64,000 nt of DNA from Octopus bimaculoides (taxonomy: Eukaryota). Below the pieces are notes generated by a model, which was not told where the DNA came from, ran no database searches, and worked only from the letters and a program-made list of their open reading frames with translations. The stretch covers positions 16,245,894 to 16,309,893 of the forward strand of contig NC_069005.1 of NCBI RefSeq assembly GCF_001194135.2, given 5' to 3'. Positions 1-11,764 of the stretch are shown here, in pieces (positions within the stretch are counted from its first letter, which is position 1; each line of letters starts with the position of its first letter). Position numbers and translations under genes: made by a program.

Positions 1-51
1 AGTCAAATAAATTGACTCCAGTACGTACTTACACATGCATACATATAAATA

Positions 52-52
52 T

Positions 53-114
<62 letters not shown>

Positions 115-141
115 CATATGTATATATATATATATATATAT
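52..141. repeat. (CA)n/(TA)n microsatellite
   Basis: Direct read. Confidence 0.98.
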
Positions 142-426
142 AATAAATGAAAAGAAAATGGAGATTTACGATTGACATATTTTAATTTATTAACATAATA
201 TAATATTATTAACATTATAATGTAATATAATATAATTGTAAATATTATAACACTCAAATTGTTTCGATTCAGACCCAATAATAAATTTTAAAAAGTTCCT
301 GTTTATGAGTAAGAATCAGGGAAATATTTATAAATTTCATATCAGGATTTTTAGGTCCTTTGACATTATGAGAGTAATGGCAATTTTACTGATATTCTTT
401 AGGAGTGTACATATTTCTGTGTGATA

Positions 427-463
<37 letters not shown>

Positions 464-505
464 TGGATGGATATGCATACACACATGCGCGCGCACACAC
501 ACACA

Positions 506-1126
506 TATATTGTCTGAATTTTATGGTGCTAATTATCCATCACAGCTGGTCTTACCAATTGGTTTCGCGTGAAATTATATAATGGAGTGTTAGGCAACAA
601 ACCAGTTATATAATATATGCCCGTCAGAGATAGCCGACATGGTGACTGCTCTCTACTGTTGGAGGTGATAATGAGCACAACCGGTAGGATGAAAAAAAGT
701 TCCAGGGGAGTCAGTTATGAGTTATGTCTCTTGGTTAAATTTGCCGTTGAGTTGGCAAAAGGAAATTTAGAAGTGGAGAAGGGTTGTATTAAAATTGTGT
801 GGTTTTCCTTGTCGGGGTGGGGTGTGTGTAAAGGATAAAGTTCCTTTTGCCAACTCAACAGCAAACTTAACCATGGGACATAACTCATAACTGACTCCCG
901 TAGAACTTACACCACCATTACACAGCAGACGCCGAATGGTCGTGCTCATTTCCACTTTCAACAGTGGAGAGCGGACGCCATTTCCCCTTCCATGCTGGCT
1001 ATCTCTGACGAGCGTATATTATACAACTGGTTTGTTGCCTAACACTGCCTTATATAATTTCACTTGAAACCGATTGGTAAGAGCAGCCATGATGAATAAT
1101 TAACACTATAAAATTCAGACAATGTA
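506..1126. mobile_element. Foldback MITE (long imperfect TIRs, TA at both ends)
   Basis: 509-764 is largely the reverse complement of 841-1123, e.g. GGGAGTCAGTTATGAGTTATGTC / GACATAACTCATAACTGACTCCC. Confidence 0.85.
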
Positions 1127-1516
1127 CCCACTCTACTAACAGTTATACGAGTGCATCTTCTCCCTGTAAATGACTCAAGTAGTATATATATATATATCTA
1201 TCTATCTATCTATCTATCTATATATATNNNNNNNNNNNNNNNNNNNNNNNNNNNNNNNNNNNNNNNNNNNNNNNNNNNNNNNNNNNNNNNNNNNNNNNNN
1301 NNNNNNNNNNNNNNNNNNNNNNNNNNNNNNNNNNNNNNNNNNNNNNNNNNNNNNNNNNNNNNNNNNNNNNNNNNNNNNNNNNNNNNNNNNNNNNNNNNNN
1401 NNNNNNNNNNNNNNNNNNNNNNNNNNNNNNNNNNNNNNNNNNNNNNNNNNNNNNNNNNNNNNNNNNNNNNNNNNNNNNNNNNNNNNNNNNNNNNNNNNNN
1501 NNNNNNNNNNNNNNNN

Positions 1517-2774
1517 CAGTAATCAGTTCTCGTGACAGAGGGGTTTCATCATTTTGGATGTTTGAAGAATAAGAAGAATGAGCCTAGAGAGTGAACCAAA
1601 TGAAGCAACAGGTGGCAAGGAGGACAACTGGCTCCTTAGTATAATTTGGAAAATGGTCAAATTTGTATATTGAGGTGTGGTCTGTCCTTTTGTATGAACA
1701 GGTTTTCCTTGTTGTATTGAAATTGAATCTTTGCATTGGTTTAATAGGAAGATATGAAAATTTGGTGTCTTTTTACTTGCGCATCTGTCGATTTGTCGGC
1801 TCAGTGCTATCTGCCTGTATTGATGGAAATGAATCTGTTCTTTATTGAGGGAAATGAATCTGTTCTTTATGAGACTCTGCGTCTCAAAGTAAGGCTCGTT
1901 TGGCCCACATAATTGTGATCACAACCTGAGCAGGTTAGGACATAGATAAGGTTCTGTAAAGCTGGTCTTAATTGAGAATTTTGTCCTTGCCTTCAGTTAG
2001 GTGTGGGCATGTACCACAATTAGGTCGTCTGCATTTTTTAACTGTTGGTACCGTTTGTATTGAGTATAGTTTTGCATTTGTTAGGAGTCCCTTGAATGAT
2101 TTGTCTTGTCTTTTGCATTTTAGTAGTTTGTGTGTATTTAGGATGCTGTTCATTTTCGGGTCTTGAGTGAGCAGAGGGAGATTTTGTATAATTGTGTTGT
2201 ATGCTTCATTGTTTCTGGGATTATGGGTTGATATGTATGGGAGTGATTTAATGTGAGGCGTGGTGTTTTGTTTTGTTGTCCTTAGTGTGTTTGCGTTCAA
2301 TTTCTTGGCACATTTAATTCCATGTTCTATAAGTGTAGGTGGGTATTGACGTTCAATGAGTGTTATTTTGAGTTCTTGTAGGTGAAGTTCCCGAATGGTT
2401 GTGTCAGATACAATTGTACAATTTTTGCTAGATTGAATGGGATATTTATTTTGGTGTGTTTAGGATGGCATGAACTGAAAAGGAGATACTGTTTTGAGTC
2501 TGTTGGTTTGTAGTAAATATCGGTTGCAATTTGGTTGTTGGACTTTTTAAAAATCAAAATGTCCAGAAATGGGAGCTGTTCCTTGCTATATTCCATTGTA
2601 AATTGGATGTTGGGGTTTTATATTGTTCAGTGTGGATTTGAGATCCAGGAGTTTATCATGAGTTTCATTCTAGATGATAAAACAATCGTCTAGGTACCTT
2701 TTCCAGTTTTCTCTTATATACTGGTGAATAGGGTTCCAAACTTTTGGAGCGAAAGTTCATAGAGGGTAGATTTA
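1517..2774 (-). mobile_element. Penelope-like element relic (RT C-terminal half plus GIY-YIG)
   Basis: Minus-strand frames give WKRYLDDCF, LPFLDILI, YYKPTDSKQYLLFSSCHP, CRRPNCGTC, LIYVLTCSGCDHNYVGQT; frameshifted and bounded by gaps. Confidence 0.92.
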
Positions 2775-2981
2775 NNNNNNNNNNNNNNNNNNNNNNNNNN
2801 NNNNNNNNNNNNNNNNNNNNNNNNNNNNNNNNNNNNNNNNNNNNNNNNNNNNNNNNNNNNNNNNNNNNNNNNNNNNNNNNNNNNNNNNNNNNNNNNNNNN
2901 NNNNNNNNNNNNNNNNNNNNNNNNNNNNNNNNNNNNNNNNNNNNNNNNNNNNNNNNNNNNNNNNNNNNNNNNNNNNNNNNN

Positions 2982-3590
2982 ATGAAGAGGCATGCTGTTA
3001 TTGTGGTTATAAAGGCTGAGCATAGTGATTTAGAAATATCTCGATTTTTAAAAGATGCCAGATCTTTCATCTACAAAGTTTGTAAGGAGCTAGAGACTGA
3101 AGATGGAAACATATTGCCAGTATCAAAGCAGAAAAAGCATTCTAAACACTCTGAAATCATCAGAACACCTGAATTTATTCAGCAAGTTCAACAGACTATT
3201 GATTACAATTCCAGAAAGTCAATGAGGTCAATTGCAAAAGATTTCCAAGTGTCAGAAGGAACAGTCAGAAATGTTATCCACGAAGACATCTTATATAAGT
3301 CTTATATGATGAGGAAAGGTCAATTTGTTAGAAAAAGAAAAAGAAAATCACTACATCACATCTAAAAGGCTCTTAAACAAACTGAAAAATCCAGCTGAAG
3401 AAGATTTGATTTGGTTTTTCTCAAATGAAAAAGACTTTGACCAAGTTCGAAAAGTTAACCGAAAAAATGACAGGTGGTTATGTGCAGACCCTTCTGAAGT
3501 TCCTACAACTGTCATGGTTTTAGAGGTTGTCGGCAATGAAGGACATGTGATGCCTCCTCACTTATTTCCACAAGGTCTGCCTCAGTCTGA
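2982..3590 (+). mobile_element. Tc1/mariner-superfamily transposase relic (maT/DD37D-like)
   Basis: HTH region then WFFSNEKDFDQVRKVNRKNDRW and VMVLEVVGNEGHVMPPH; frameshifted and 3'-truncated. Confidence 0.8.
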
Positions 3591-4834
3591 TCTACTTGTA
3601 TTTATAAGTATGTAGACCAGCTAGAAAAAGAGGTATGCCATTGTAACTGTGACTAGTCAACTATGGGATAACTTACTTTATTTATTCAAACTCTATGTAG
3701 CCTAGACTCTTTGTTATGGGTCAAGAGGAAAACGCATCACTCAAAATGTTGGCAAGGCCATAGGTTGAAAGAAACGACGTTGTTCCTTGACAGAACAATA
3801 AGGCTGTATAGTTAGGGGGAAATTTACCAATTCAGTTTTGAAACTCAGATAGGGCTAAGTGAGGTCTCTACATACATATATAAATACACATACAAACAAA
3901 GTAAAAATATATGAGATTTATGAACATAAATAAGATACCTAAAAGCAATATATACGTACATTATATATCAGGTCACTCTTGAGTGCTACTGGTAACATGT
4001 AACCCAGTACAAACTGTTGCATGGTCAAGTCGTTGGTGACTAAACTGGCAACCCTACTGAACTTGTTTGGTGAGGAGGGTGTTTGTTGGACACTCTGCAA
4101 GATGAAAAACAAAACTCACCAAAGGGCGGAGGAATTCACAAGTAGTCAATGATCATTCAATATATGTATGTATGTATGTCATTGTTGTTACTTAACATCT
4201 GTCTTCCATGGCGGCATGAGTTAGATGGTTTAACTGGAGCTGGCAAGCCAGAGAGCTGCACCAAGCTCCAACTGTCTGTTTTTGGTATGGTTTCTATGGC
4301 TGGATTCCCTTCTTAATAGCAATCACTTTGCAGAGTGTACTGAGTGCTTTCTACTTGGCACCAGCATGGGCGTTTTTTATGTGGCATCAGTGCAGGTGCT
4401 GTTTATATGGCACTGGCATAGGCACTTTTTTCGTGGAACCAGTGCAGGTGTTTTTTATGTGGTACGGGTACAGGTGTTTTTTACTTGGCACCTGCACCAG
4501 CAACGTTGCCAAGTAAGTTACAAGACAAATGAAGGATGTTTCATAAGAGCATGGGGGAAGACATGACTGTAGCAAGTGATGGTGAGATTAAGGAAAAATA
4601 AGAAGTCATGGGGAGTTGGTGGATGGGCACATGAGAGAGAGAGAGAGTGGAGGGGAGAGGCATGGCTTATAGTAGGTGTTGGGAAGATGGGGAGTTTTGA
4701 CAGAGATCTGATCATGTGTGTGTGCGTGTGTGTGTGCATGTGTGTAAGTTTGGGCCATAACCATAAAGAACATGCATGTATGTGTGGAAGGCCACAAGTT
4801 CACCAAGCTTGACATGTCTTCTGAAGCACAGCAA

Positions 4835-5312
4835 ATCACCAGAAGGGCAAGATTGTTTCATCTGCAGGGAAAGTGATGGCCTCAGTTTTTGAGGATGTAG
4901 AAGGCATTGTGTTTGTTGACTATCTTGAAAAGAGCCGCACCATCAATGGAGAATATTATGCCAACTTGCTGAGGCAGTTACAAAAAGCTACCAAGACCAA
5001 ACAGCTAAGAAAACTGTTTCATCAGGACAATACTCCAGCACACAAGTCCTTGGTTTCAATGGCTGCTGTGCATGACTGTGAGTTTGGACTGGTTGACCAT
5101 CATCCTTATTTGGCCCCATCTGACTATCATATGTTCCCCAACATGAAAAAACACTTAGCTGGGAACCAGTATCACAATGATAGTGACATCATATCTGCTG
5201 TTGATGACTTTTTTGACCAACAGAATGAACGTTTCTTCACCAATGAGATCTGAGTACTGAAACACTGATGGAAGAAGTGTGTAGGCCAAAAGGGGACTAT
5301 GTTGAAAAATAA
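4835..5312 (+). mobile_element. mariner transposase C-terminal relic
   Basis: GKVMASVF, FHQDNTPAH, LAPSDYHMFPNMKKHL, GDYVEK*. Confidence 0.9.
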
Positions 5313-5340
5313 ACCTCATTTGGCCACATTTCATGAAGAC

Positions 5341-5590
5341 TTATTCTTTGTAAGTCTAGAACTTATTCCATCACTTGCTTTTACCGAACTGATAATTTAC
5401 GGGGGACGTAAACACTAACATCAGCTATCAAGTGATGGTGGAGAGACAAACACAGACACACAAATACATACATACATTTATATGTGTGTGTGTGTGTGTG
5501 TATACGACAGGCTTCTTTCAGTTTCTGTCTACCAAATCCACTCACAAGGCTTTGGTCGATCCGAGGCTATAGTAGAAGACACTTGGTCCT
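5341..5590 (-). mobile_element. tRNA-derived SINE fragment (family C)
   Basis: Matches the body of the full copy at 53515-54000. Confidence 0.8.
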
Positions 5591-6237
5591 GTATTTTGAT
5601 GGCAATATTGAGATCTTTGGCACTATGCAGTGGTGCCTTCTTCTGCCTCACAGTTGGACTGAACCTAAAATCACCTGGGTGCAAAATGATATTCTTATCC
5701 ACACAACCATTATTAATTTGTGTGGAAAAGAAATGAATGCAATTATTTGTAATTTGTATGCAACATTACATAAGTATAGAAAATTTGAACCAAATGAAAA
5801 AGATAAGATATGGAAAAAAACTATCCATTTTCTTACTCATGTAAGTAACATGGACATCTATTCCAAAGCTCTGCCAATTTTCATGAAACTAAAAGTGAAA
5901 AATGTAAAGAAGATATGTTCCTTTGGTTAAGGAGAATCAGGAAATAAAGAAAACCAGTCCTTGTTGTGGTGTGTTGGCCTGGGTGCTTCAGTGACCCTCA
6001 GAGCTTTGCCAGAAGTAAAAATTTGTCTGCATAGGGCCAACATCCCTACCCAGAGAAAAAAAAAAAGTTACAGAGACATTGGTGATAATTGAAAACCAGC
6101 AAAACCTGGGAGAGGAAGACCTTCTCTTAGGGAAACATACCTGAAGAGTAAGTTGGGATGGAACTCACAAGACAGGCAGAAGAGAGGCTGAAAAAACAGG
6201 GCAGTTATAACTGTCCTAGATTATTATTTTAATATAT

Positions 6238-6262
6238 GTATATATATAAAAATGAGAATGTG

Positions 6263-6293
<31 letters not shown>

Positions 6294-7691
6294 GTGAATC
6301 CCTAAAACTCGAGAACTACGCAACCAATTTCATTTAAATTTTACACATGCCTTACTTAGGGTTCCAGTTGTGTTTTAGTAAAAAAAAATTATTAACTTCT
6401 TGCAGAGTTTGAGCACACGGCAACATAATATCTCCTCCACTATTTAAGTATTACGTGTCAAAAGTGAAACAAAAACACTCATGTCAAATACTTTCACTTT
6501 AAAANNNNNNNNNNNNNNNNNNNNNNNNNNNNNNNNNNNNNNNNNNNNNNNNNNNNNNNNNNNNNNNNNNNNNNNNNNNNNNNNNNNNNNNNNNNNNNNN
6601 NNNNNNNNNNNNNNNNNNNNNNNNNNNNNNNNNNNNNNNNNNNNNNNNNNNNNNNNNNNNNNNNNNNNNNNNNNNNNNNNNNNNNNNNNNNNNNNNNNNN
6701 NNNNNNNNNNNNNNNNNNNNNNNNNNNNNNNNNNNNNNNNNNNNNNNNNNNNNNNNNNNNNNNNNNNNNNNNNNNNNNNNNNNNNNNNNNNNNNNNNNNN
6801 NNNNNNNNNNNNNNNNNNNNNNNNNNNNNNNNNNNNNNNNNNNNNNNNNNNNNNNNNNNNNNNNNNNNNNNNNNNNNNNNNNNNNNNNNNNNNNNNNNNN
6901 NNNNNNNNNNNNNNNNNNNNNNNNNNNNNNNNNNNNNNNNNNNNNNNNNNNNNNNNNNNNNNNNNNNNNNNNNNNNNNNNNNNNNNNNNNNNNNNNNNNN
7001 NNNNNNNNNNNNNNNNNNNNNNNNNNNNNNNNNNNNNNNNNNNNNNNNNNNNNNNNNNNNNNNNNNNNNNNNNNNNNNNNNNNNNNNNNNNNNNNNNNNN
7101 NNNNNNNNNNNNNNNNNNNNNNNNNNNNNNNNNNNNNNNNNNNNNNNNNNNNNNNNNNNNNNNNNNNNNNNNNNNNNNNNNNNNNNNNNNNNNNNNNNNN
7201 NNNNNNNNNNNNNNNNNNNNNNNNNNNNNNNNNNNNNNNNNNNNNNNNNNNNNNNNNNNNNNNNNNNNNNNNNNNNNNNNNNNNNNNNNNNNNNNNNNNN
7301 NNNNNNNNNNNNNNNNNNNNNNNNNNNNNNNNNNNNNTAGCTGGTCTTCTCTTGGAAGAGCCCTGCTTCTCATATGGACAACTGTATGTTGGCTGCTCAA
7401 GAGTGAGCAACAACAAAAAACCTATTTGTATATGCTCCACAAGGGAAAACAAGGAACATAGTTTACAATGAGGTGTTATAATCACAACAGCAAGAAAGTA
7501 TGTACATGATCACCTTCTTTTACGAAACTTCATTGACTTTCATATATTTATATTGATATACATATATATACGTGTGTTTGGGTGCGTGTGTGTATATACA
7601 TCTCTATATATAAAGATGATGCGTAGTCTAGACGGCGTTTTTAGATTTCATTATTCTCTTTAACCCGGGCAACGCCGGGTATTTCTGCTAG
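6238..7691 (+). mobile_element. Non-autonomous Helitron with helicase C-terminal remnant
   Basis: 5' TATATATAAAAATGAG followed by (TGTC)n. 7340-7481 reads GLLLEEPCFSYGQLYVGCSRV..LFVYAPQGKTRNIVYNEVL* (one frameshift). Hairpin CCCGG-GCAACG-CCGGG at 7664-7679, then CTAG|T at 7688-7692. Internal gap 6505-7337. Confidence 0.85.
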
Positions 7692-7859
7692 TCATTAATA
7701 TAATTCTAATAAGCAGATCTGCCAAATTTTGTTATTCCAAATTGAAAGAAACTGCTTTGATAACATTTTGAACCCTAACCCTAACCCTTAATAAGCAGTG
7801 CTCGTTACAGCTGACTAGTTTGCTGAAGGCCGTCGGGTTATGAAGACAATTTGGAAGCT

Positions 7860-8075
7860 TGCTACACAAAAACGTTTGATGTTAAACTTGGCAAAAACGC
7901 TACAGAAACTTACGAAATGCGCCAGGCTGCTTATAGATTAACTTGTAAGAACTAAGGATGTGTTTTACATTGGCGTAAGAGGATGAAGGATGGTAGAGAG
8001 GATGTGAGAAACGATGAGAGGTGTGGGAGTGAGAGGGACGCCCGAACGTGAGCTGGTTGAGAAAATTTATAACTT
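7860..8075 (+). mobile_element. mariner transposase N-terminal (HTH) relic
   Basis: Degraded KLGKNATETYEM...WRKRMKDGREDVRNDERCG. Confidence 0.75.
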
Positions 8076-8831
8076 TTTGGGACCTTCACGAAGTGTCTGG
8101 AGCCCTACAACAAGCGCATTGAAGTAGGAACACCCTACTTTGAAGGAGATAAGAGTTTTATACTTCATCGAAAGGAAATGAGGACAGCAGAGTAAAGTCC
8201 TTGATAGACCTTGATCCATAGGGAGAGAAGGTTTCAGTAAGTAGTAAGGGAATAAAGGAGTTTGTTGAGCAACAGGAGGCACTCCATTTGAGCTGCTAGA
8301 AGTAGTAGCCAATTTTCTAAGCAGTAGCAAATTAGGAGGGTAAAGATTCCAAGACAGAATATTCATGGCTGGAATGCTTTTGTTCAAAGGTCTGAATAGG
8401 TTTTCGTTTATATTATCAATTATACAGTTGAATAAATACGTGTATGGTGAGAAGACAAATCTGACATTTCGGTACTGATACTGCGTCCGAGAGAAAAGAT
8501 AATTTTCAATTGAATATTCCGAAAAATCTCTATTTACATGGACGAAAGATCAATACAGGAACGAGAGATTTCTTTTCTCTATGAATTTTTCTGTCACTAA
8601 CAGCTTACTCGGAGTTATCTCCCCTTATTTCACTCAAGAATCCCATGATGCAATTGTACCATAACCTCCATTATTGACTTTTGCAACGTTAACTACGCTT
8701 GACACTTATATATATATTTAACGTTACTCTGCATATTACAGTATTACACAAAATATATATACTTTATTGTATACACATAGTTCGTGTTACACGTAATGTT
8801 GTAGTTGTATTATAACAGCTGTGTTGAAGCG

Positions 8832-8940
8832 ATGTTTTACAAGAACACGGCCCTTGTAGGACTCCTTACAGTCACAGTCGCCACAGCTGCTGCCTACGTG
8901 TTGTGGGGTCCACCACACAAGAAGAAGACACGCAAAAAAG
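8832..8940 (+). CDS. USP30: USP30 coding exon 1 (N-terminal transmembrane anchor plus basic tail)
   Basis: ATG 8832 reads MFYKNTALVGLLTVTVATAAAYVLWGPPHKKKTRKK, resembling the USP30 TM/basic motif (human YVIWGPITERKKRRKG). Donor G|GTAAC at 8941, phase 1. In-frame TAG upstream at 8802; an unseen upstream exon cannot be excluded. Confidence 0.88.
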
Positions 8941-9564
8941 GTAACACATTACTCACACATTTCATAAAGGTTTCTTCTCTTAAATTAGTTTACTTTCCAG
9001 TAGAAATGGTATTCAGAAAAGCTCATATATACACACACACATAGTGTCATGTTAATGAGAAATGTGTATAGTATGTATGTATATACATATATATATGATC
9101 TGATGATGACCTGATGACCTCTTCGCGAAAAATTATTTTGGCACATCTTTAAGTAATTAATATTACATTTTAATTATTCGATCCTAAATAGTATAGAGCC
9201 TTCGTTTCATATACCATTTCTTGTCATTTTGAACAGGCCCCTCTCTCACTCACTGTGTCGTGGTGTTTTTACTGGATAAACGAATGTTTTTAATATTTGT
9301 TTATCTAACAACCTTTGCTACCCCTCCTCGTAGTCAAAGAGGAAACCTTTTACGATGGTTTGATCTCCTGGAAATAACAGCTGACTCTCCTTCATGTTAT
9401 ATTCTATTACCTTAGAAAAAAAAGTTACATCGGATAATGTATAGGCTAACTCTATAGTTTTTTCGTACATATATATGTGGGACTAATCATAAATCCAAAA
9501 CAATCCTGGAAATATAAATATTGATTTGGGTATATTTTGCATATACGAAACGAATGTGCGGCGC

Positions 9565-10880
9565 TCTTTTAGAAACGCACCTCTCCAAGAAAATGAAATG
9601 CAATCTTAAAAAAAGTTATGAAAATGGACAATATATACAAAATAAATGGTGTATGCAAAAAAAAAAAAAAAAAGAAAGATTCATTCATTTTAAAATATTT
9701 TATACTTAAAAATAAAACAAACGGGAAACGGGCACCCGTGGAATATAAACAAACTTGTCGGACGATACAAGGGGCGGTAATTTACTTTTACTAGTCAGGT
9801 ATTATTAATGATACAAGAAGCTCGACAATATCCTTTGCAAATTCTTGATTGTTTTTAATCAGATTTTTTTTTTTTTACTGTGCACTCTGGTTCGNNNNNN
9901 NNNNNNNNNNNNNNNNNNNNNNNNNNNNNNNNNNNNNNNNNNNNNNNNNNNNNNNNNNNNNNNNNNNNNNNNNNNNNNNNNNNNNNNNNNNNNNNNNNNN
10001 NNNNNNNNNNNNNNNNNNNNNNNNNNNNNNNNNNNNNNNNNNNNNNNNNNNNNNNNNNNNNNNNNNNNNNCCTGAAATTGCAAATTATTTAAAATATAAA
10101 AATATAATTTTCAACAGAGAGAATTTATCAAAATAGAAAACAAATGAAGTTTGAAGTTTAAAAATAATAGGATCAACCACTCACGACTAGCTAGCGCGGA
10201 CGCGCGAACTTTCGAGTAATAGATAGATAGAGAGAGAGAGAGACAGACAGACAGACATATAGCTCGCTCCGGCCAGTCATGGTATTAGCTGTCAGTAGCC
10301 AAAGAATCGACAGGCCAGCAACAGGCAGGCAGGCAGACAGACAGACAGATACTTCACTAGCAGTGAGCACTTTCACTTCTGACAGCTAATAGCATGATAG
10401 TGCCGGGTTAGGATTAGTGTTAGGGTTACTATTAGTTTTGGGATTAGTTTTAGGGTGAAGGTTAGGTGGTGTGAACTCACTTTACCTTCGCTCATTTTAT
10501 GATTTGATATACGACAGAAATAATTATGAAGTAATAGAGTAAATATGTTTAAGACGTATGCAAGTTTTGTAATTTTTATTTTTAGTTTACAGAGAAAATA
10601 AATTATACAACATATAACTCAGTGGCTATTTGGCCCCTCATATTATTAATAATCCGATTGGTAAAAGAAAATTACCGCCCCTTGTATCGTCCGACATGTT
10701 TGTTTATATTTGCTTGTGCCCGTTTTCCTTTTGTTTCATTTTTTTAGTATAAAATATTTAAAAATAGATGAATCTTTCTAGTTTTTTGCATACATCCTCT
10801 ATTTTGTACATATTTTGCATTTTCTTAACTTTTTAAACAATTGCATTTCATTTTCTTGGAGAGGTGTGTTTCTAAAGGTG
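9565..10880. mobile_element. Long-TIR MITE/foldback in USP30 intron 1
   Basis: About 9568-9791 is the reverse complement of about 10661-10876, e.g. TGTCGGACGATACAAGGGGCGGTAAT / ATTACCGCCCCTTGTATCGTCCGACA. Confidence 0.82.
10187..10505 (-). mobile_element. Possible non-autonomous Helitron-like insert inside the foldback
   Basis: Minus strand ends GCGCG-TC-CGCGC..CTAG|T, carries (CTGT)n tracts, and begins near ATAAAATGAG like the element at 6238. Confidence 0.4.
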
Positions 10881-10995
10881 CACCGAATGCGCAAATTCTT
10901 AAACATCACTTATTACATAATTAAATAGAAATATATTAAATTTGCGATTAACTTCTTTGGAATGTTTCCAGTTTTGTTGTTGTTGTTATTATTCT

Positions 10996-11215
10996 GCGAG
11001 CTGGCAGAATCGTTAACACGCCAGGCAACATGCTTAGCAGCATTTGGTCCGTCATTATGTTCTGAGTTCAAATTTTTCAGAGGTCAACTTTGCCTTTCAT
11101 CCTTTCGGAGTCGATAAATTAAGCACCAGTGACACACTGGGGTCGATGTAATAGACTAGTCTCATCTCCCTAAATTTCAGGCCTTGTGCCAATAGTAGAA
11201 AGGATTATTATTATT
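10996..11215 (+). mobile_element. tRNA-derived SINE (family A, (ATT)n tail)
   Basis: Head GCGAGCTGGCAGAATCG (A box), GAGTTCAAAT (B box); paralogous to 23059-23283 and 23288-23503. Confidence 0.85.
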
Positions 11216-11760
11216 GAGTGAGAGTGTAGTGCATGCCATCAAAGTGACACTGGGGTACAACTATACAAAGCCTCATATCATGATTATCCGTCTGATAAGG
11301 GTACACCAGACACATACATTACAACCATATGTGTGTGACGTGGTGGTCTCATAAACAAGATAAATAGTGCAGGACCTTGCAGGGGTGGGAGAGCAGTTAG
11401 AATTTTTTTAGATTGAGTAGCCCATCTCACTGAAAAGGTACCTGAATAAAGTTTAAGAATGATGAACGAAACACACATTTTTCCAGAGGTGAATTATTCA
11501 AACACCAAAAAATTCCTGTCAACACATCGCTATGATGTTCTCCCACTACTTCTGCTTGTGATCAGAGATGCACATATCATCAGTCACTAAAGGACATGCT
11601 CAACTTGTTAAGGTCAAGCAACTGACAAGCAAATCTGTGGTATTGAGTAGAATATTTGCTGCAGCTCATCTTACATACCAGAACAAGACATATACATGAT
11701 AGCACTTCTAATCAGTTAACATCAAAAGCCACGAGATCCACTGCCAGTATTGCATCGGGA
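11216..11760 (-). mobile_element. Non-coding retroposon (family B) flanked by (AAT)n
   Basis: Colinear with 22527-23045 over about 520 bp. Confidence 0.8.
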
Positions 11761-11764
11761 CTTT

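Noticed and set aside
3740-3790. Hammerhead-like remnant (GAAAGAAACGACGTT)
   Set aside because: The core CTGANGA is not recognisable; at most a relic.
4320-4500. CRISPR-like array of about 24-bp repeats
   Set aside because: A degenerate tandem within a SINE/LINE tail, with no unique spacers and no cas genes, in a eukaryotic context.
6444-7485. Long ORFs of 200-330 aa here and at 1151, 2744, 9845, 27940, 29107, 34356 and 51597
   Set aside because: They are runs of X across N gaps, not coding sequence.
7774-7790. Telomeric (CCCTAA)n array
   Set aside because: Only about 2.5 units, and 10405-10455 is degenerate; both look like parts of repeats, not a chromosome end or fusion.
8067-8387. 106-aa divergent ORF upstream of USP30
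   Set aside because: No recognisable domain or splice structure; probably degraded repeat sequence.
9101-9140. CTGATGA...GAAA hammerhead or C/D-box candidate in intron 1
   Set aside because: No stem II or stem I pairing.
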